DNA from: a virus
Lineage: Duplodnaviria; Caudoviricetes
IMG/VR virus record: IMGVR_UViG_3300021963_000131
Span: 1 to 62,484 of that record
Reading direction: 5' to 3' (one strand)
DNA: 62,484 bases
Within the stretch, counting starts at the first letter, position 1. Every line of letters begins with the position of its first letter. Position numbers and translations under genes: made by a program. Below, in pieces: positions 57,647 to 62,484 of the stretch. The notes beneath the pieces were generated by a model that worked only from the letters and a program-made list of their open reading frames with translations, had not been told where the DNA came from and searched no databases.

Positions 57647-57837
57647 TATCGCCCCCGTACAGCGTTCTTTTGGTTAGCAATCTTGGCGAGGTTGCGCCCC
57701 ATCTTCAGCATGTTTGCGTTGGTCTTGCCACCCTTGGCAAGTTTGGTCAGAGGCTGACCTTTGTGCTTGGCTTTCTCATGCTTATGCACTGCACCAGCAA
57801 TCATCTTTTTGTCCTGCGCTAAGTCTTTCTTATCCAT
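57646..57837 (-). CDS. Small basic protein with LAKGG motif
   Basis: AGGAG SD. Confidence 0.65.
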   Translation of the reverse strand: MDKKDLAQDKKMIAGAVHKHEKAKHKGQPLTKLAKGGKTNANMLKMGRNLAKIANQKNAVRGR

Positions 57838-57846
57838 CGTTTGCTC

Positions 57847-58275
57847 CTACGATACGGTGACAGAATTAACCAAACCCTGCGCTACTAAATCGTTTGGGGT
57901 AAGCGCAGCATCAAAAGATCTTGAACCACCCACAGGGTTAAAACCCCACTGAATAATCCGACTACCCATTGTAATCGTACCTAGCTCATCAATGCTAGAG
58001 TCATCATTCACAGGTTCAACTCGCAAACCATTAAATCCAGCTTGTCTATAAGAATTAGAATCTACTCTTGGGTTGCGTATGGCTTGCGGGTCATACACAG
58101 GGTACATACCAAGCTGTAGCTGCGGTTGATCTGGTTCCCAGCACTCAGGGCAGACTAATATGTTTACATTTTTAGTCTTAATCACCAACGACTTTAACTG
58201 CTTCAGCTTAAATCTAAAGTTACACCTATCGCACTGCGCGATGGCATATTTACCCGCTGCAAACTGATTGGGCAT
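57847..58275 (-). CDS. Structural-operon protein with two CxxC motifs
   Basis: CDRC and CPECWE. Confidence 0.65.
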   Translation of the reverse strand: MPNQFAAGKYAIAQCDRCNFRFKLKQLKSLVIKTKNVNILVCPECWEPDQPQLQLGMYPVYDPQAIRNPRVDSNSYRQAGFNGLRVEPVNDDSSIDELGTITMGSRIIQWGFNPVGGSRSFDAALTPNDLVAQGLVNSVTVS

Positions 58276-59039
58276 TAGAAGCTCCCGGTGTTACCCAGAT
58301 ACATCCGACGTGGCACAAAACGAACCGCAGCTTTCTCACGGTCTTCGCCAGCGGCAAAGTTCCACTGCTCTTCATAAGAAGCTTTAAGCACTTGAAGGCG
58401 ATCCTGCCCTTCAGGAATCTTTTGAGCGATGTAATACGCTAACCCTGCTGTAATACAGGGAAGAAACCTAAACGGCATATCAGGAGTCTGCAACCCATCC
58501 CCCGCATCCTGTACTCGGCGCATACGCCAATAGACTACTTGATAGTACGGCGAGGCTTCAGTGCCTTGGTCAGGGACAGGCCAAACTGTGAATTGTGGGT
58601 GGGCGTTTGCACCTGGAGAATAGCTGCTGGTTGCGGGGTACGTGGCTCCAGAGTTCCTGCTGATGTAAATCTGTATCGGTCTTGCTTGAGAAAGTTTGTT
58701 TGGGATTGTGGCGTAGGTGGAGACACTAATCCGGGTAAGTGTGAGGTCAGCTTGCGTTGAAACATTACCAGCCCCCGTTCTTATAACGTGCTCAAGCAAG
58801 TCAATGGTGTCGTCCGGTAAATCGTACGTCGCAGTGCCCTGTACCAAATTCTTCGTGCCCTGCTCAATCGTCCACATATTGATGCCACGATTTGCCCACT
58901 CAATGGTTAGTAGGTTCATCGAACGACGTGCGGTACGCAGGTCGTAACCAGAGCGCATCTCCCGACCAGCCCTCTCAAAGGCTTCCTCGGCTATGTCTAC
59001 AAACTCAAGATTAAAGTCGGTTGAGCCGCTCGTGGTCAT
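58275..59039 (-). CDS. Head-tail connector / tail tubular A-like protein
   Basis: ARRS.NL...EW.NRG, WP.P and P.RF......GLAY motifs. Confidence 0.65.
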   Translation of the reverse strand: MTTSGSTDFNLEFVDIAEEAFERAGREMRSGYDLRTARRSMNLLTIEWANRGINMWTIEQGTKNLVQGTATYDLPDDTIDLLEHVIRTGAGNVSTQADLTLTRISVSTYATIPNKLSQARPIQIYISRNSGATYPATSSYSPGANAHPQFTVWPVPDQGTEASPYYQVVYWRMRRVQDAGDGLQTPDMPFRFLPCITAGLAYYIAQKIPEGQDRLQVLKASYEEQWNFAAGEDREKAAVRFVPRRMYLGNTGSF

Positions 59040-59169
59040 GTCTTGCTTCCAATTCTCTTAGGTCCATCGCTACGTCAGCTACACCGTGCCAATCTTCAAG
59101 AGCCACCATGACTTGCAGGTACTCCTTCAGTATTTCTTTCTGCACCTGCCAATCTTTATAATCTTTCAT
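59011..59169 (-). CDS. 52-aa hypothetical protein, not in the ORF track
   Basis: Hand translation MKDYKDWQVQ...DWHGVADVAMDLRELE; start overlaps the upstream stop. Confidence 0.55.
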   Translation of the reverse strand: MKDYKDWQVQKEILKEYLQVMVALEDWHGVADVAMDLRELEARHDHERLNRL

Positions 59170-59411
59170 CTAAATCTTGCGGTCTTTGCGGCAATTTTTG
59201 CCGGTTGCTTAACAAACTGTTTTCCTGCGCTCTTTCCAGCTCGTTTAGCTCTTGTAGTCGCAGCGTATTCAGCAGGTGTAAGAGATTTAATTGCCGCCTC
59301 CGGGAGGTATCGTTCGCCAGTTGCTTTTGAACCCTGTGTGCTAGGTTTGCCACTGCGTGTCCTCCACTTCTGGTCAGTCCAATTTTTTAGACTTTGCTGC
59401 GGGGCTTTCAC
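59166..59411 (-). CDS. Small basic protein resembling the C-terminal half of DUF5872-like proteins
   Basis: SLK.WT.QKW.T.SG and ERYLP motifs. Confidence 0.6.
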   Translation of the reverse strand: MKAPQQSLKNWTDQKWRTRSGKPSTQGSKATGERYLPEAAIKSLTPAEYAATTRAKRAGKSAGKQFVKQPAKIAAKTARFR

Positions 59412-59677
59412 TTCATCTTCTTCAACGTCTGCGCCAACCTTGCTCGCTGCCCTAATTTACCGGGAGCTTTTGCAGCTTTAGCCAGCTTACCTGCGGGAAT
59501 GGGTTTGTCGCCTTTAACACCAAGCTGTGCACGTAAAGCTCCGGGCTTTTTGATGGCTGACTGAATCCACTTACCACCTTTAGCCATACCACCTTTTTTG
59601 TATACCCCACGACCTTTAAGAATGTCAGCTTGGGTTACTTCGCCATCTTTATTTAGATCTGGAAACTTGCTAGTCAC
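59408..59677 (-). CDS. Small basic protein with an EF-hand-like loop and KKPGAL motif
   Basis: DLNKDGEVT.AD, WIQ.AIKKPGAL and RARLA.TL; GTG start after GGAGG. Confidence 0.6.
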   Translation of the reverse strand: MTSKFPDLNKDGEVTQADILKGRGVYKKGGMAKGGKWIQSAIKKPGALRAQLGVKGDKPIPAGKLAKAAKAPGKLGQRARLAQTLKKMK

Positions 59678-59951
59678 GGTAACCTCCACCACGCTGCTTG
59701 TATTTCATGGCAAGCATCTGAGCCTTGCGAGCTGACCACTGCCCCGGTGCACCACCTTTACCACCAGCTTTGATGCTGTTAAACAATGCTTTACGCATAC
59801 TTGGTTTGGTGTAATTGCCAGCTTCGTTCACGCGAGACACCTTGCCGCCTTCAGCGTACTGATCAAAATCAGTGTTATCCCGCCTAGCTTTACGCTTGGC
59901 AGTCGGCATTTTTGAGGGCGAAATCGCCCCCATCCCGCGAGAGGGCATCAT
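59670..59951 (-). CDS. Small basic protein resembling the N-terminal half of DUF5872-like proteins
   Basis: YTKP..R, GG.PGQWSARKAQ and GGGY motifs. Confidence 0.6.
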   Translation of the reverse strand: MMPSRGMGAISPSKMPTAKRKARRDNTDFDQYAEGGKVSRVNEAGNYTKPSMRKALFNSIKAGGKGGAPGQWSARKAQMLAMKYKQRGGGYRD

Positions 59952-59952
59952 G

Positions 59953-60141
59953 TCAGCAAGCCTTACCGCCGTAGTTCATTTTCTTTACTTTACCGCCGTG
60001 CATCATGCCGCCTTTAGCCATCTTGATCTGCGTACCTTTGGTTTTACCCTTGGTAGCAACACCATCACGGCTAGGAGCAGCAGTTTTAACAGCGCCCATT
60101 TTTGATGGGGCTACGCCACCACCCATGCTCATCTTTTTCAT
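59953..60141 (-). CDS. Small K/G/M-rich basic peptide
   Basis: Several xxGG motifs; GVATKGKTKG. Confidence 0.6.
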   Translation of the reverse strand: MKKMSMGGGVAPSKMGAVKTAAPSRDGVATKGKTKGTQIKMAKGGMMHGGKVKKMNYGGKAC

Positions 60142-60161
60142 ACCAATACCCCTTTTTAAAA

Positions 60162-60467
60162 TTAACGCATCATCCCACGAGTTTTACCACGCTGTGCGAT
60201 ACCATCAGCACGTTTGGAAGCTGAGCCTACTTTGCCACCCTTTTTTAAAAACTGCCCTTTATCAGTTTCAGCTTCGTCTGAAGCATAACGGCCTTTTTCA
60301 GAGTCAGATTTCAAACGTTTTCGCGCTGCTTCCATACCTTCTTTTTTTCGGTCAGAACGGCTATACATTTGATCAGGATTTGTTTTTGTGGCACCAAATC
60401 GCCCAGACGCAATTTCTTCATCGTCCATTACTGCGGCGTATACATCCTTAATCTCTTTATTCGGCAT
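60162..60467 (-). CDS. Small protein ending KKGGKV...RADGIAQRGKTRG
   Basis: Start MPNKE at 60467. Confidence 0.6.
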   Translation of the reverse strand: MPNKEIKDVYAAVMDDEEIASGRFGATKTNPDQMYSRSDRKKEGMEAARKRLKSDSEKGRYASDEAETDKGQFLKKGGKVGSASKRADGIAQRGKTRGMMR

Positions 60468-60663
60468 TTTCGTCACCCTTTTTACGACGAATAATTTCAT
60501 TAAACGGCTTGCCCGTAACCATCTCAGCAATACGCATAAGCGTCCAAATAGCACCAATCAAACCAAACAAGGGCGTAATCACTTGGAGAAACGATCCGAT
60601 TGTGGCAACCACAGACACTATATCTGCGGCGTTTTTTACCATCTCGTGTTTATCTTGAGTCAT
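60457..60663 (-). CDS. Small membrane protein
   Basis: Hydrophobic central segment. Confidence 0.55.
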   Translation of the reverse strand: MTQDKHEMVKNAADIVSVVATIGSFLQVITPLFGLIGAIWTLMRIAEMVTGKPFNEIIRRKKGDENAE

Positions 60664-60664
60664 A

Positions 60665-60919
60665 TCAGCACTTCCACGCTCTTAAGGATTTGTTGATACG
60701 GCTGTTTGGGTCGTTGGCCGTTTTAGAACTCGTAAGCTTCTTTTTCATGCCTTCCATTCTGGCACAGAACGATTTTTTACGAGGGCCACCTTCTGGCTGC
60801 GGGGCTTTGAGTCCGGGCTTCCCCGGATTGGCAGCGTTGTACGATGCTCGACCCTTAGCGTTCAAACCGCCTTTTGGGTTTTTGCCTTCTTTGCGCTGCC
60901 AAGCTGGGGTTTTTGCCAT
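60665..60919 (-). CDS. Small basic phage protein (DUF6321-like)
   Basis: AWQRKEGK..GGLN..GR, R.SFCARM and W.C motifs; family recalled, not searched. Confidence 0.6.
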   Translation of the reverse strand: MAKTPAWQRKEGKNPKGGLNAKGRASYNAANPGKPGLKAPQPEGGPRKKSFCARMEGMKKKLTSSKTANDPNSRINKSLRAWKC

Positions 60920-60923
60920 GACA

Positions 60924-61499
60924 TCACCCGCAAATTAATGTAACCGCAGTGACATTTGTAACTGCCACGGTTGCAAGATCATTCGTTTTGTACGTTGTAC
61001 GGATACCTTCTGCTGCCATATACAAGCTGTTAACCTGCGTAGCAGCGGCGGGGGTATCAATCTCAAGCAACAACGTCGAATCACTTGCACGAGTGACAAC
61101 AATCGTACCCGCAGAAGCACTTGCCAAGTAATACAAACCTTTGATCCGGGTCATGGGTAACGCCAAACTGCCGCCATACCCAACCGTGATTGCCGCTGCG
61201 GTTGCTGCGCTTACTGTGATACTTGAAACGGAAGCAAAGTAGTTAGTGCTATAGACCGTCGTATTGTTTGGCCCAGCAACCACTTCAGTAACCACAACCC
61301 CACCTACCGTTGTACCTGTAATGGTGAAGTTTTTAGCCGTTTCATTGCCCGTGCCGGTGATGGATACTTTATAGCCGTACCCATTGATCCCCGGCGTTGT
61401 AGCAGCAAGCGTAAGTGCACCAGCACCACTCGGTGTAACCGAAGTCACATAAAAGTTGGCACTCGACTTTATCTTGACCGACCATACATCATATTGCAT
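60924..61499 (-). CDS. T/A/G-rich virion structural protein
   Basis: GAGG SD; beta-rich composition. Confidence 0.6.
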   Translation of the reverse strand: MQYDVWSVKIKSSANFYVTSVTPSGAGALTLAATTPGINGYGYKVSITGTGNETAKNFTITGTTVGGVVVTEVVAGPNNTTVYSTNYFASVSSITVSAATAAAITVGYGGSLALPMTRIKGLYYLASASAGTIVVTRASDSTLLLEIDTPAAATQVNSLYMAAEGIRTTYKTNDLATVAVTNVTAVTLICG

Positions 61500-61512
61500 G
61501 GTGCACCTCTAA

Positions 61513-62052
61513 TTAGGAATCAGCAAAGGGTGTAGCAACCGTGCCAGAACCTACTGCTACGCCTGTAACCATATATTTCAGTGCTGCAATAGCGAAGATT
61601 TGAACCCATGTTCCAGCAACACCACCTGTGGTTGTGCCGTTGAAGTTGATGAAATCATTTGTTGCGCCAGCACCAAACCCACGCGTTGCGTCAGAAGTGT
61701 CGCTGTCGATTGACAGGACATAACCCACATACTTATCCGTACCGTCAGTACCAATCTTCAGCGATGACGTAGAGATGGTAGTTGGAACCCAAATGGTGTA
61801 AACCACACCTTCGTTATTAGCCGTGTTGGGGTCATTACCGGGGCCAGACGAAGAAGAATTTGCCGAAGCATTGATGGTAGGCAGCGTAAGCGTTACGTTA
61901 GCTGCTAGCGAACCACCAACAGAAATGATCCTGCCGCCGTGATCTACTGGATTCAGCGTGGTGCTAGAAGTAATTTCTACGATGGTAGATGGACCCTGCT
62001 GATAGATGCCGCCAAGAGAGCGGACCGGTCCTTGGAACGTGGTGCGAGCCAT
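61513..62052 (-). CDS. Capsid decoration/head fibre-like protein
   Basis: MARTTFQGPVRS..G start; directly downstream of the capsid gene. Confidence 0.6.
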   Translation of the reverse strand: MARTTFQGPVRSLGGIYQQGPSTIVEITSSTTLNPVDHGGRIISVGGSLAANVTLTLPTINASANSSSSGPGNDPNTANNEGVVYTIWVPTTISTSSLKIGTDGTDKYVGYVLSIDSDTSDATRGFGAGATNDFINFNGTTTGGVAGTWVQIFAIAALKYMVTGVAVGSGTVATPFADS

Positions 62053-62056
62053 ATTG

Positions 62057-62133
62057 TCCTCACATGCGATGTCGGTGTATTAGTCTGCATGTTGTCAGCC
62101 GGGACTGTCTAATACACCGGGCTAACCCCGGAA
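62057..62133 (-). ncRNA. Candidate double-pseudoknot cis-regulatory RNA in a 5' leader
   Basis: 11-bp stem CGGTGTATTAG/CTAATACACCG; its loop can pair with upstream CCGGG and with downstream GCATGT next to the SD. Confidence 0.6.
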
Positions 62134-62140
62134 TACACCT

Positions 62141-62168
62141 AGTATAAATAAAAAAGGGGGTTTTGCAA
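62141..62168 (-). promoter_or_regulatory. Sigma70-type promoter TTGCAA-16-TATACT overlapping the capsid terminator
   Basis: Boxes read on the minus strand, just before the structured leader. Confidence 0.5.
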
Positions 62169-62177
62169 CCCCCTTTT
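62150..62177 (-). terminator. Rho-independent terminator after the major capsid gene
   Basis: GGGGGTT-GCAA-AACCCCC followed by T6. Confidence 0.8.
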
Positions 62178-62189
62178 CCCTGCGCCTTC

Positions 62190-62484
62190 TTAGGCTCCGG
62201 GTGAACCGAAGATACCAAGAGGATCAGACACACCAAAGCTATAACGCTCACGGGCTTTGTACCGGACGTTGCCAGTATCAAAATCGCCGTCCATGCTGTT
62301 CTGCATAGGGGTGCGAACAAAGTGCTTCAGGCCGTTAGGCACATCGGTAGTCAGGAACCATGCGTTGGTATCGGTCAAATAGTGGTTGACCGTATAGCCT
62401 TCGGGGATGGAACCCATCATCTTCAGTGCGTTAACGTCGTTGTCAGCCGTAGCCACACGAAGCTCGGTTTGCAGCAAACGAGTT
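62190..62484 (-). CDS. Major capsid protein, C-terminal part (5' end outside the window)
   Basis: ...NHYLTD..AWF...DGDFDTGNVRYKARERYSFG.SD..G.FGS.G, typical of this capsid family; followed by a terminator. Confidence 0.85.
   Translation of the reverse strand, partial: TRLLQTELRVATADNDVNALKMMGSIPEGYTVNHYLTDTNAWFLTTDVPNGLKHFVRTPMQNSMDGDFDTGNVRYKARERYSFGVSDPLGIFGSPGA

Overview
This window is a near-complete genome of a tailed dsDNA phage with podovirus-type organisation. It starts inside a minus-strand head gene and ends inside the C-terminus of the major capsid gene, so the genome is probably circular with a short piece missing. The minus strand carries head and packaging genes (1-6.6 kb: scaffold, GroES-like protein, portal, terminase) and virion and lysis genes (31.7-62.5 kb: a 3223-aa polyvalent protein, ejection proteins, tail and fibre genes, lysozyme, holin, small basic proteins, capsid). 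The plus strand (7-31.8 kb) carries early genes, a MoxR-AAA/VWA module and a replication module (PolA, Cas4-like nuclease, SNF2 helicase, SSB-like protein, primase-helicase). The most striking element is at 17346-19186. A lone Cas7/RAMP-like gene and a 154-aa partner gene are followed directly by a 600-bp non-coding array of 12 units. Each unit starts with GGCA and consists of GGY-NN pentamers, a fixed triplet plus a variable dinucleotide. No cas1, cas2 or effector nuclease is linked to it. It looks like a phage-encoded RNA-guided system with a non-contiguous guide code, and from memory it resembles the recently reported VIPR-type systems (not verified here). Other candidates are an anti-Shine-Dalgarno small RNA (about 6647-6727), a double-pseudoknot leader RNA after the capsid gene, five copies of a 16-bp near-palindromic operator-like site, an origin-like iteron region and a three-fragment pseudogene scar. 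All family assignments come from recognising motifs by eye; no database searches were run.
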